A stretch of 64,000 bases of DNA, taken from positions 3,886 through 67,885 of the forward strand of contig JAVBUT010000006.1 of NCBI GenBank assembly GCA_031555055.1, given 5' to 3'. A program made the position numbers and the translations under genes. The notes under the pieces were generated by a model that was given only the letters and a program-made list of their open reading frames with translations, did no database searches and had not been told where the DNA came from. Position 1 is the stretch's first letter, and each line of letters opens with the position of its first letter. This document shows, one piece after another, positions 7,950 to 15,893 of the stretch. Origin of the DNA: Alphaproteobacteria bacterium. GTDB taxonomy: Bacteria; Pseudomonadota; Alphaproteobacteria; Rs-D84.

Positions 7950-9148
7950 TATAATTTCATATCCAGTATTTTTTTTAACGGTATCAGAATAAATCCGAAC
8001 ATCAATAACGCGATCAGCAATGTCCATTCTATTCCGAACCCGTCCAGCAACGGCTTCATCAGGATCATTATACCACCTGTAAAGAAAGTATTGTACATCT
8101 GATTTATGGACAGCACCGTTCCGCGTTCTTTGGATTCTATGCGATGATGTATAAAAGTGTTGAACACCAGTCCGCACATTTTCTGGGTGGCCGGGATTAT
8201 CGCGACAATAGCCAGCATTAAATATATCATCCACATATTCTGCGTATTCAATATGGCCAGCATTATCGCAGTACCGATAATAATCACGCCAACACATCCG
8301 TACATAATTTTTTTCGTTCCGAAAATTTCATATATCTTGTGCGCATATTTAGAAAAGACAATGCGCGAAAACTGATTGATGCCGACGAATATCCCAAACA
8401 GCGCGGCCGCGACGCCGACCATTTCCATTGTCGGTTGCAACATCCAGAATAGAACCAGCGTAAATGATCCAAATATTGCCGGAAACATCATGAACCATTT
8501 TATTTCCGGATGTCGAACTGTCGTTTTCACAATGCCCGCGATGTCTTTCAGCGGGCTGGATTCCGGCGCGATCTTTCTTCTGACCTCGTGCAATTCCGGT
8601 AACATCAGACAGCATACAATCGCGCACAGCGCCGCCATGGCTTCGATCGCGATAACCCAGTCGCCAATCAGCGCATACAGCGATCCGCCGACCAACACGG
8701 CGATAAAGCTGGCGGTCTGGCCATATGTATTCATGCTGCCGTATTCTTTTAAAAAGTTTTTTTCGCGGCCCATTCGTTTCATCAGATCATACGCGTATGA
8801 TTCCTTGGTCCCGCTGAACAGCGCCATAGCCAGCCCCAAGCCCATTTCGCACGCCGCGATTTCCCAGAATCCGTACGCGAAAAACAGTCCGGCGTATGAC
8901 AGAAAATATATCACGCTGCCGATCAGCAGAACTTTTTTTCGACTGAACGTGTCGGACAGATACCCGGACGGAATTTCAAAAAAGAACGACGCGATACGGA
9001 ACATCCCCTGGATCAGGAAAAAGTCGCCGACTGTGATTCCCCTGGTCTGATACAGTATAACTATGATCGGGACGACCACTAAAAAATATATAAAAAACTC
9101 ACTCCACTTTAACAGTGTCAGCGCGGTTTCATTCGATACGGTTTTCAT
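7949..9148 (-). CDS. MFS transporter
   Basis: 399 aa with about 12 hydrophobic segments. MFS motif-A-like GYLSDTFSRKKVLLIG. Confidence 0.8.
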   Translation of the reverse strand: MKTVSNETALTLLKWSEFFIYFLVVVPIIVILYQTRGITVGDFFLIQGMFRIASFFFEIPSGYLSDTFSRKKVLLIGSVIYFLSYAGLFFAYGFWEIAACEMGLGLAMALFSGTKESYAYDLMKRMGREKNFLKEYGSMNTYGQTASFIAVLVGGSLYALIGDWVIAIEAMAALCAIVCCLMLPELHEVRRKIAPESSPLKDIAGIVKTTVRHPEIKWFMMFPAIFGSFTLVLFWMLQPTMEMVGVAAALFGIFVGINQFSRIVFSKYAHKIYEIFGTKKIMYGCVGVIIIGTAIMLAILNTQNMWMIYLMLAIVAIIPATQKMCGLVFNTFIHHRIESKERGTVLSINQMYNTFFTGGIMILMKPLLDGFGIEWTLLIALLMFGFILIPLKKILDMKL

Positions 9149-9183
9149 TTTAAAAGTCTTTTTAAAAGAACGATGCAGATGGT

Positions 9184-9238
9184 GGTGGCGTTGATGGCGC
9201 AGTGTATAAATGTTACATAAGCCATCGGCCCCGCCGCC
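9184..9238. repeat. GTGTA-loop hairpin element, copy 1 (just 3' of tyrS)
   Basis: Variable GC stem around the conserved apex CAGTGTATAAATGTTACATAAGCCA. Confidence 0.6.
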
Positions 9239-9263
9239 AGTATGCGTCGTTATATTTAATTTT

Positions 9264-10484
9264 TTACTTCACATTAACTTTCAGGTAAGTCTTCTTACCC
9301 TTTTTCAGCATCAGTGAAATGCCGGGCTGGACCAGGACGACTTGGTTCACATCGGTGACTTTTTGATCGTCAATGTTCAGACCGCCCTGTTCTATCATGC
9401 GTCTGGCTTCGGATTTAGAGGTAAACAACCCGACCGCCACAACGAAATCGACAACGTTCGGCATGGTGCCCGGCGCATCGTAATCCACAGCCGGCGCATT
9501 CGCAGAGTCACCGCCAGAAAACAGCGCAGTCACGGCGTCAAACACTTCATCGGCCAGCTGTTCGCCATGGATCAGCTTGGTTATTTCGTATGCCATTTTC
9601 TTTTTCGCGCTGACAATATCCGTTTCGATCATAGCGATGATTTCCCACATCGGAATATCTGTAAACAGCGCCAGCAGCGTTTTTGTGTTTTCGTCCGGCA
9701 TATTGTAAAAGTACTGAAAGAAATCAAACGGCGTTGTCTTGTCGCGCGCAACCCACAGCGTTCCCTTTTCGGTCTTGCCCATTTTTTTGCCATCGACCGT
9801 CATCAGCAGTGGCGCGGTCAGACCGTATATTTCGGCTTTGTCATTGCCCGCCTCTATATTCATTTTTCTGAACAGTTCGGTGCCAGCGACAATATTGCCC
9901 CACTGGTCGCTGCCCCCGATTTGCAGAACGCAATCCTTTTCACGATTCAAATGCACAAAGTCATACGCCTGCATCGGCATGTATCCCATTTCCAAAAAGG
10001 TCAGTCCGCCTGTTTCGCGGCGGCGCGCGTATGCTTCGGACGCCAGCATAGTGTTCACGTTAAAGTGCGTGCATACCAGTCGCATGAAATCAACATACGT
10101 AAATTTGTTTATCCAATCGGCGTTGTCGACAAACTCTGTTTCTGGCAGAACAAACCGTTTCGCCAAGGTTTTTACTTCGGACAGATTATGCCTGACCTGA
10201 TCCTTGGTCAGCATTTTGCGCATATCGGATTTTCCGGTCGGATCGCCGACCAACGCGGTCGCGCCACCGATCAGAACGATCGCGTGATGTCCGGCGTTCT
10301 GCAAATGCCGCGCCATGCGCAGCGCGAAAAAGTGCCCGATGTGCAGACTGTCCGCAGTCGGATCAATCCCGACATAAAACGTTATTTTTTTGTCGCCATT
10401 CAGAATTTTTTTAATCGCGTCCGGGTGCGTCATGTCTTTGACAAAGCCGCGTTCGGATAACATATCGAAAAGTTTTTGTGTCAT
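9264..10484 (-). CDS. tyrS: tyrosyl-tRNA synthetase
   Basis: HIGH motif (ADSLHIGH), KMSKS-type KMGKT, C-terminal S4-like domain. Confidence 0.95.
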   Translation of the reverse strand: MTQKLFDMLSERGFVKDMTHPDAIKKILNGDKKITFYVGIDPTADSLHIGHFFALRMARHLQNAGHHAIVLIGGATALVGDPTGKSDMRKMLTKDQVRHNLSEVKTLAKRFVLPETEFVDNADWINKFTYVDFMRLVCTHFNVNTMLASEAYARRRETGGLTFLEMGYMPMQAYDFVHLNREKDCVLQIGGSDQWGNIVAGTELFRKMNIEAGNDKAEIYGLTAPLLMTVDGKKMGKTEKGTLWVARDKTTPFDFFQYFYNMPDENTKTLLALFTDIPMWEIIAMIETDIVSAKKKMAYEITKLIHGEQLADEVFDAVTALFSGGDSANAPAVDYDAPGTMPNVVDFVVAVGLFTSKSEARRMIEQGGLNIDDQKVTDVNQVVLVQPGISLMLKKGKKTYLKVNVK

Positions 10485-10670
10485 AGCATTTTTCCTTATG
10501 CCTTGAATAATAGCAAAATTCCGGTGAATTTGCCATAAATTAATCTGTAAAGTTTTTTTGGGGTGTGTTAAATTAGGCTGACGGACAGCCGTACGGATTA
10601 TAATGAAAAAATCCCGATACTTTCAACATACCAGGATTTTAAACGTTTCTTGCATAAAAGTCAAAAAAAA

Positions 10671-11630
10671 TTATCGGCCCTGGCGCACCAGTTCGGTGTA
10701 TTCCGCAACCAGCTGGTTCAGCATGTCCGTGCGCAACGTCGCCCAATCCTTGTATTGCTCGCCGATTTTGTACGGTACCATTGCACAATTTTTACCCTGA
10801 TCTGCTTCCAGCCCGATCATGCCGTTTGGATGAACAATCAACCACAAGAATTTATCTTCAAAAACAGTTTCCAATTCGCGCGAGCTTTTTATAGGACCGA
10901 TCTGGTAAACTGATCCGCCGCGCAAATCCGCACTGACCGCCAGGTCCCCAACTTCAAACTTTGTTATTCCACCGGCGTGTCTGGGGTTGCTGGCACCAAT
11001 CTTTTTATTGAATATGATCTTGTCGCAAACCAGGTTGGTGCTTTGCGCGAACGACATCAAATACAGATGTATGTTGTTTGCCAGTTTTTTGTCATTGCTG
11101 ATTCGTGTTGCGATTTCATTAAAGCAATCGACACTTTCTTTTGGATGTATTACATCATCAACGGATATGTCTATTTGCAACGGTCGGTCGCCAGATGGAT
11201 TTTTACGCCCGTCGGCGTCACGCAAAACAGACGACAGCATATTGTAAACCTGTTCGGATTTAAAATTGGATTTTGCCCAAAAGCCGTTTGTCTTTAACGC
11301 CACAAAAAGCCCGTTTTCTATACCCGTGCGCAGCACGACTTCCAGTTCGTTCAACGGCATCATCAACGGTTCGCCCCCGCTGCAGCATATTACTTTTGCA
11401 TACCCCGGAACATTGTTGAAATAATTTATAAAGTGCACTGCGTCCGCGGCGGGGATATGATCAATCGGACGTTTTGGCGAAGCCTGCATATAACACAACG
11501 GGCACGCCAAGTTGCATCTGTATGTCATATAAAAGTGTAATCCCATCTTGTCCCATGCATTATAAAACGCATAGGTCATTCTTTCTTTAAAGCTGTTTAT
11601 ATCTGCACGCTGTTTGTCGGTCAATGACAT
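10671..11630 (-). CDS. radical SAM protein, paralog of 5819-6754
   Basis: YRCNLACPLCYM (CxxxCxxC), CSGGEPLM, VALKTNGF, IDISVDDV. Same motif order as the other copy. Confidence 0.8.
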   Translation of the reverse strand: MSLTDKQRADINSFKERMTYAFYNAWDKMGLHFYMTYRCNLACPLCYMQASPKRPIDHIPAADAVHFINYFNNVPGYAKVICCSGGEPLMMPLNELEVVLRTGIENGLFVALKTNGFWAKSNFKSEQVYNMLSSVLRDADGRKNPSGDRPLQIDISVDDVIHPKESVDCFNEIATRISNDKKLANNIHLYLMSFAQSTNLVCDKIIFNKKIGASNPRHAGGITKFEVGDLAVSADLRGGSVYQIGPIKSSRELETVFEDKFLWLIVHPNGMIGLEADQGKNCAMVPYKIGEQYKDWATLRTDMLNQLVAEYTELVRQGR

Positions 11631-11728
11631 CTCGCATCCTGGGTTTACTGCACAAACAGTAACACAATAATTATATTTGTCAATTGATAATAATAAAAAA
11701 AATCCCGCATTTTTATGGGGATAAATAA

Positions 11729-12115
11729 TTATTTTGTGTATCTTGCCAATGTTTTTAAGTTAAAGATTTTCGAAAATGTTGGTGATACACTGTGGCTGAC
11801 CAGCACGTCGCGCACCGCCCTGTTGAAACGTTTACGGTCCAAACTGCCACACAGCATCCCATCCAGACGCCCCAGTAACTTTATAATGTTCAGACTGTTT
11901 GATATATCATAACACACGGCCAGATTATTGCCGAAACCATACGCCAAATCTTTCCCAGATTTATCTTCGTGCACGACAAAGGCTGCGCCGGCGATTATGC
12001 CGGATTCATAAGCATTTGGCAAAAGCACGCTTTTTGTAAGCCCGCCATTTTTTAAAACAACTTTGATTTTGCCACCTTCATATTGCAAAACACTGCATAT
12101 TGTGTATTTTTTCAT
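11729..12115 (-). CDS. hypothetical 128-aa cytoplasmic protein upstream of the radical SAM gene
   Basis: Intact ORF on the same strand as the downstream rSAM gene. No signal peptide and no motif I recognise. Confidence 0.5.
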   Translation of the reverse strand: MKKYTICSVLQYEGGKIKVVLKNGGLTKSVLLPNAYESGIIAGAAFVVHEDKSGKDLAYGFGNNLAVCYDISNSLNIIKLLGRLDGMLCGSLDRKRFNRAVRDVLVSHSVSPTFSKIFNLKTLARYTK

Positions 12116-12186
12116 CGGGGCACTTTTTATAATTTTATCTGCAGATTACCATAGCGCCAATTTATTCTTTTGTCCATAAAAAATTA

Positions 12187-12213
12187 AACAGCCCAGATCG
12201 GGCTGTTTTTTTT
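12187..12213 (-). terminator. intrinsic terminator downstream of tsf (bidirectional-looking)
   Basis: ACAGCCCAGATCGGGCTGT hairpin with T8 on plus and UUAAUUUUUU on minus. Confidence 0.6.
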
Positions 12214-12247
12214 AAAAAAAACTGGGGTACAAAATAACGGTGTAGTT

Positions 12248-12306
12248 GGCGTGGTTTGGGGTGGCGTAGTGTATTAGAGATACATGAGCCACCCCAAACT
12301 GCGCCG
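12248..12306. repeat. GTGTA-loop hairpin element, copy 2 (just 3' of tsf)
   Basis: GTTTGGGGTGGC / GCCACCCCAAAC stem around TAGTGTATTAGAGATACATGAGCCA. Confidence 0.6.
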
Positions 12307-12326
12307 AATGCGCCGTTATATTTATT

Positions 12327-13196
12327 TTATTTCAGCATTTTGGCGACTTCGTCGGCCAAATTATCATCTTTCTTTTCGATGCCTTCGCCCAACAGATAAT
12401 ATGCAAAGCCCGCCAGTGTTCCATTCGCTTCCGCGATGACCTGTTTCACGGTCTTGGACGCGTCCATGACGAACGGCTGTTCTTCCAACACGGATTCGCC
12501 ATAGTATTTTTTAATACGGCCCGCAACCATGTTTTCGGCAACATTTTCCGGCTTGCCGGCTGTAACGCCAGATTCGATAAATACTTTCTTTTCGCGTTCG
12601 ACGGCATTTGCGTCAACGTCCGCAATTGTCATGAATTCCGGCTTGTTCGCAGCAATGTGCATTGCGACTTTCGGACCGATTTCCGCAATTTTCGGATCAT
12701 TTCCATTGATCGCAACCGCAACCCCGATCTGGCCCATACCCGGGACCAAGGCATTATGAACGTATGTAAAGATATTGTCGCCCGAAACCTTTGCAATACG
12801 ACGCAGGTTCATATTTTCGCCGATTGTAGAAATCGTCGCAGCGATATCGTCGCGTGTCGCGTCCATTGTTTTTTCGAAATCACCGGCCAGTTCGATCGCC
12901 TTGTTTGCAACATCCGCAACCAATTTTTGGAATCTTTCGTTTTTCGCAACAAAGTCCGTTTCCGCATTCAGTTCAACGACACAGCCCATCCCATCGCATT
13001 TAACAACAGTGACCAAGCCCGATGCCGCGACGCGTCCGGCCTTGGACGCTGCTTTGACAATACCTTTTTGGCGCAGCCAATCTGCCGCCGCCTGGATATC
13101 GCCATCATTTTCGACCAGCGCTTTTTTAACATCGCCCATTCCGGCGCCTGTCATTTCGCGCAAGGTCTGAATCATTTTGATTGTTACTTCTGCCAT
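12327..13196 (-). CDS. tsf: elongation factor Ts
   Basis: MAEVTIKMIQTLREMTGAGMGDVKKALVE (UBA-like N-terminus) from ATG 13196 with AAGGAGAAA RBS. The longer track ORF is a 5' extension. Confidence 0.95.
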   Translation of the reverse strand: MAEVTIKMIQTLREMTGAGMGDVKKALVENDGDIQAAADWLRQKGIVKAASKAGRVAASGLVTVVKCDGMGCVVELNAETDFVAKNERFQKLVADVANKAIELAGDFEKTMDATRDDIAATISTIGENMNLRRIAKVSGDNIFTYVHNALVPGMGQIGVAVAINGNDPKIAEIGPKVAMHIAANKPEFMTIADVDANAVEREKKVFIESGVTAGKPENVAENMVAGRIKKYYGESVLEEQPFVMDASKTVKQVIAEANGTLAGFAYYLLGEGIEKKDDNLADEVAKMLK

Positions 13197-13271
13197 TGTT
13201 TTTCTCCTTATTAACTCCCCGCCATGGGCGGGGTGGATTTTTTGCAATGCTGTTATCGCATTCAAAAAAAG

Positions 13272-13356
13272 ACGGGGAGGGTTTCTTAAATTAATACGCT
13301 GTGTGAAACGGAACCCTCCCCGCCTCGCTTCGCTTTGCGCCCCTCCGTTGGAGGGG
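13272..13356. repeat. GGGGAGGG/CCCTCCCC long hairpin plus CCCCTCC-GTT-GGAGGGG hairpin, 3' of rpsB
   Basis: Same CCCCTCC-N3-GGAGGGG unit as in the clpP-clpX spacer. Confidence 0.6.
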
Positions 13357-13361
13357 AATTT

Positions 13362-14213
13362 TTATTCCGCCAGTTTTTCGGCCAGCTTTTCGCGGCGAAC
13401 TTCGCGCGCTTCACTGGTTTTGGATTTTGTTTTGGCTTCTTTTTCGATGATTTTTTCTTCGAATTCTTCGGCCGCATCGGTCTTCATGTTCGATTCGACC
13501 TTTTTACCGGCAACACCGCCCAAGCGCTTTTCAATACCGGACAAGATCGCGTCAACGAACAAGTCACAGTACAACTGGATCGCGCGTGACGCGTCGTCGT
13601 TGCCCGGAACCGGATAGTCAACGATGTCCGGATTCGCGTTTGTGTCACAGATCGCGATTGTCGGGATGTCCAGATTTTTCGCTTCGTTCACAGCGTTCAT
13701 TTCGCGCGGCATATCGATGATGATGACCGCCTGGGGCGTTCCGTGCATATCCATGATGCCGCCGAAAATATCGCGCAGTTTTTCAATTTCTTTGGTCATG
13801 ACGCCGACTTCTTTCTTGGTCAGACCCAATTTTTCAGCGTTTGCAACATCGGCTTCCATCTTTTTCAGACGGCGGATAGACTGGGATACAGTCGTCCAGT
13901 TTGTCATCATTCCGCCCAACCAACGGTTGTTAACATAAAATTGTCCGCAACGTTCGGCAGCGTCTTTGACGATGTCTTTGGCCTGGTGCTTGGTCGCGAC
14001 GAACAATACTTTACCACCGGCGGCCGCGATCGCTTCCAGCGCAACCAGCGAACGGTGCAACAACGGTGCGGTCTTGTTCAGATTGATGATGTGAATTTTG
14101 TCTTTGACGCCGTATACGTACGATGTCATCAGCGGGTTCCAACGACGGGTGTGGTGTCCGAAATGGACGCCGGCTTCCATCAGTTGCTTCATGGTAAATT
14201 TAGGCAATGCCAT
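13362..14213 (-). CDS. rpsB: 30S ribosomal protein S2 with charged C-terminal tail
   Basis: MKQLMEAGVHFGHHTRRWNPLM, conserved S2 core, immediately upstream of tsf. Confidence 0.95.
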   Translation of the reverse strand: MALPKFTMKQLMEAGVHFGHHTRRWNPLMTSYVYGVKDKIHIINLNKTAPLLHRSLVALEAIAAAGGKVLFVATKHQAKDIVKDAAERCGQFYVNNRWLGGMMTNWTTVSQSIRRLKKMEADVANAEKLGLTKKEVGVMTKEIEKLRDIFGGIMDMHGTPQAVIIIDMPREMNAVNEAKNLDIPTIAICDTNANPDIVDYPVPGNDDASRAIQLYCDLFVDAILSGIEKRLGGVAGKKVESNMKTDAAEEFEEKIIEKEAKTKSKTSEAREVRREKLAEKLAE

Positions 14214-14242
14214 AGTTTTGCTCCTGTTTTAGGACGCAAAAT

Positions 14243-14275
14243 AAATCAGAAATCAGAAATCGGAAATCAGAAATC
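14243..14275. repeat. heptamer array (AAATCAG)n in the rpsB 5' leader region
   Basis: AAATCAGAAATCAGAAATCGGAAATCAGAAATC, bracketed by ACGCAAAA/TTTTGCGT. Confidence 0.8.
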
Positions 14276-14429
14276 TTTTGCGTTTATGTTGTTATCCTCG
14301 TTATTTGCGGAAATACCCGGATGCCGGGACATAAACTTTGCAAATAACTGTGTTATTCGCGTACTTTTTACAGTCGCGTGGCACGATCATAGAACAATTT
14401 CCACGGAAAATCAAGCAAAAAAGGAAAAA

Positions 14430-15041
14430 TCAGTCCGAATAATTGCACGTCGAACCATATCTGTAATAACCATCGTTATTTTCAAAGGTATAGGTTGACG
14501 GCATAAAGCATGCGGTCTGGGGCATCAAACCTTCGGATACGGGCACAGGGACTGTTTCTCCGCATCTTTGGATACCATCCTTGTCGGTAAAACAAAGACA
14601 CCGGTTGCATACCGGTCCACCGGTATTCTGGACTTCCCACCAGTATCCAGCATGACATCTGTAATCATATATGCTGATACATTCGCATGTAATTGGATTC
14701 TGGTACGAGTATTCTATACGGTCATAATGCTTGGCGGGTTTTGGTGTCCAATTCCCCTCCAGCGTCAGGCATGGTCCACAAGGCTCAATCGGGCCGGAAC
14801 CACATCCCCTGGACGACGGGACACACACGCATTCCCCATTGCAATCCATCGCAACACATTCATCGGAACCGGATGCCGACATGCATTCCGAATCTGACCA
14901 TATCGCTACACCGCCACCGGAACTGCACGCCCCCCCAGGCGTAATTCCCAAGAACGCGCATGATACCGCATGTGCACCGCCGGTGACACAAAACGCGCAA
15001 CACAGCGCAACAAACATGAAAATCTTTTGGATAATTGGCAT
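14430..15041 (-). CDS. small cysteine-rich secreted protein
   Basis: Signal peptide MPIIQKIFMFVALCCAFCVTGGAHA. Many Cys. CECISIYDYRCHAGYWW...CNRC. Paralog of 15197-15787. Confidence 0.7.
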   Translation of the reverse strand: MPIIQKIFMFVALCCAFCVTGGAHAVSCAFLGITPGGACSSGGGVAIWSDSECMSASGSDECVAMDCNGECVCVPSSRGCGSGPIEPCGPCLTLEGNWTPKPAKHYDRIEYSYQNPITCECISIYDYRCHAGYWWEVQNTGGPVCNRCLCFTDKDGIQRCGETVPVPVSEGLMPQTACFMPSTYTFENNDGYYRYGSTCNYSD

Positions 15042-15139
15042 AAATTTCTCTCAAAAACTATATTCAGCCAGTGTATCTTTTTGGCATAACTTTGTCAAAC
15101 TCGAATTAATTAAAAACACAGATATCCTTCCTAATATTG

Positions 15140-15169
15140 TTGACAGGGTCATTATAAATTATCTATAAT
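15140..15169 (+). promoter_or_regulatory. promoter (TTGACA-N18-TATAAT) of 15197-15787
   Basis: TTGTTGACAGGGTCATTATAAATTATCTATAAT. Confidence 0.5.
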
Positions 15170-15196
15170 CAAAATATAGATTCCGGCCTTTAGGAT

Positions 15197-15787
15197 ATGT
15201 TTCATAAAAAAACTCTTTTATTGTTCTTTTGCGCGCTGATTGCGATCGGCACCACCACGGATGCGAATGCGGCGCTATGCTCTTACTATGGTTTATTACA
15301 GGGGTCTGATTGCACATTTTTTGTGGACAATCGCGTGGAAAATCAATGTTTTGGCATGGATTGCCGTTATGAAAATTGCAATGGCCAGTGCACATGTGTG
15401 GAAACCAGTAACAGTTGCGGCGGTTTTTTGTGTCCCGAATGCCCACGGGTATATGGCTGGCAGTCGGTTCCATCCATGCATTTTGATCGAAATGAACTTA
15501 ACGTACTCCAGGATATAGTTACATGCGAATGCACATACGAATATGAATACAGATGTCACGCTGGTTATTATCACAACGGCTCTTATGACTTTTTAATACA
15601 GCCCGGTTGCGTGCAATGCCCAAGCATGACCGATGTCAACAATTTCGTACGTTATGGGAATTCCACACCTGTTATTCTTCGCAACACCTCGCAATCCGTA
15701 TTGGATTGCTATATGTCCAGCACGTATAATTTCAAGGACACCCCTGGGACCTATCACTTTACCAATAACTGTAACGCAACACCATAA
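15197..15787 (+). CDS. small cysteine-rich secreted protein (divergent paralog)
   Basis: Signal peptide MFHKKTLLLFFCALIAIGTTTDANA. CECTYEYEYRCHAGYYH...CVQCPS. C-terminal CYMSSTYNFKD matches CFMPSTYTFEN of the neighbour. Confidence 0.7.
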   Translation: MFHKKTLLLFFCALIAIGTTTDANAALCSYYGLLQGSDCTFFVDNRVENQCFGMDCRYENCNGQCTCVETSNSCGGFLCPECPRVYGWQSVPSMHFDRNELNVLQDIVTCECTYEYEYRCHAGYYHNGSYDFLIQPGCVQCPSMTDVNNFVRYGNSTPVILRNTSQSVLDCYMSSTYNFKDTPGTYHFTNNCNATP

Positions 15788-15791
15788 AAGT

Positions 15792-15811
15792 GCCCCACTG
15801 GGGCGTTTTTT
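15792..15811 (+). terminator. intrinsic terminator of 15197-15787
   Basis: GCCCCACTGGGGC hairpin plus T-run. Confidence 0.6.
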
Positions 15812-15859
15812 ATGGCCGGAACCTTTAAATCCGGTCATTATTTTTCCTTTTAATATTAC

Positions 15860-15887
15860 TTGACAAATTATTTTTATGTATTATATT
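15860..15887 (+). promoter_or_regulatory. promoter-like TTGACA-N16-TATATT upstream of or overlapping the S8 autotransporter start
   Basis: ACTTGACAAATTATTTTTATGTATTATATT. If used, the mRNA would be nearly leaderless at ATG 15894. Confidence 0.4.
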
Positions 15888-15893
15888 TTCAGC

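Noticed and set aside
6834-8102. 422-aa plus-strand ORF.
   Set aside because: Antisense to the envC-like gene and the MFS 3' end. The minus-strand genes have clear domain signatures.
9342-10460. 372-aa plus-strand ORF.
   Set aside because: Antisense to tyrS.
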